DNA from: Cyanophora paradoxa CCMP329
Taxonomy: Eukaryota; Plantae; Glaucophyta
Length of the DNA: 64,000 nt
Assembly: GCA_004431415.1 (NCBI GenBank)
Contig: QPMI01000436.1
Coordinates: 310,001 to 374,000 of the forward strand
Direction: 5' to 3'
Of this stretch, positions 63,615 to 64,000 are shown piece after piece (the first letter of the stretch is position 1; every line of letters starts with the position of its first letter). A program made the position numbers and the translations under genes. The notes beneath the pieces were generated by a model. It worked only from the letters and a program-made list of their open reading frames with translations. It made no database searches and had not been told where the DNA came from.

Positions 63615-64000
63615 ATGAACGCCAAACAGACCAAGTTAATCAAATCGCTCGCTAACTGGCTTCGTTCTGATGAGGAACTCGCCAAAAACATGATTATCCC
63701 AGTGAAACCTGACAGCAAAGACCCAGTTTTCAAGCATAAGGGAGGTGCTTGGTCCTGGGAAAAGTATGAGGAAGCGCTGGCAACTAATCAGTATGTATCT
63801 TGGGGCATTCTGCTCTCAGACAACATGATGGTTATTGACTTTGATGATGAGGAGAACTTTGAGAAATTCCGGGATATGTTTCCTGATGACTTTGATGCCA
63901 ATCAGCCCATGGCAAAAACTAAAAAAGGCTATCATGTCTACTTTAAACGACCTGAGGAGTTCACTAAACTCAAAATCACCGATAAGGCTCCAGGCTTTAA
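63615..64000 (+). CDS. Prim-Pol (bifunctional primase-polymerase, AEP) domain protein, runs off the window; not in the ORF track
   Basis: Translated by hand: MNAKQTKL...IIPVKPDSKDP...WGILLSDNMMVIDFDD...AKTKKGYHVYFKRP, which gives AEP motif I (DxD) and motif II (T-x-x-G-x-H-x-Y-F). Confidence 0.85.
   Translation, partial: MNAKQTKLIKSLANWLRSDEELAKNMIIPVKPDSKDPVFKHKGGAWSWEKYEEALATNQYVSWGILLSDNMMVIDFDDEENFEKFRDMFPDDFDANQPMAKTKKGYHVYFKRPEEFTKLKITDKAPGF

Larger units (their letters stand above)
56202..64000. mobile_element. Second endogenous Polinton-like element (B), nested in the capsid gene of A; continues beyond the window
   Basis: Abrupt switch to AT-rich, CpG-poor DNA at 56202, structured non-coding terminus, and its own integrase, pPolB, RING and Prim-Pol genes. 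Confidence 0.82.

Noticed and set aside
48478-64000. Single element with two polymerases and two integrases, or a giant-virus fragment
   Set aside because: The sharp compositional and CpG boundary, truncated capsid gene and terminal repeat at 56202 favour nesting. Both polymerases are of the protein-primed type, and no NCLDV-specific core genes are seen.

Overview
Eukaryotic (protist-like) DNA in three parts. (1) 1-26.3 kb is GC-rich host sequence with many short introns: a pogo-type MITE, PDS5, two paralogous SHIPPO-repeat genes flanking a TIR-TIR-NACHT-pentapeptide-WD40 NLR-like gene in which each WD40 repeat is its own 126-nt exon, and an F-box/LRR/ankyrin gene. (2) 26303-43802 is a complete 17.5-kb Ty3/Gypsy retrotransposon on the minus strand, with 358-bp LTRs that appear identical and a GCCGT target-site duplication. 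It carries roughly 2,300-2,400 aa of unrecognisable protein between Gag and protease, a -1 frameshift signal with a pseudoknot between protease and RT, and an unusual PBS region. A hAT MITE and a degenerate GH2-like gene follow it. (3) From about 48 kb to the window end lie two endogenous Polinton-like viruses. Element A encodes pPolB, rve integrase, an AT-hook protein, an HNH-AP2 nuclease, an A32 ATPase and a double jelly-roll capsid protein. Its capsid gene is cut at 56201/56202 by element B, which is AT-richer and CpG-depleted. B has hairpin/iteron termini, an integrase, a pPolB whose proofreading exonuclease has degenerated, a RING protein and a Prim-Pol primase, and it runs off the window. 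All family calls come from motif recognition by eye; no database searches were run. Exon structures are approximate, and several single-base frameshifts sit in short homopolymers and may be assembly errors.
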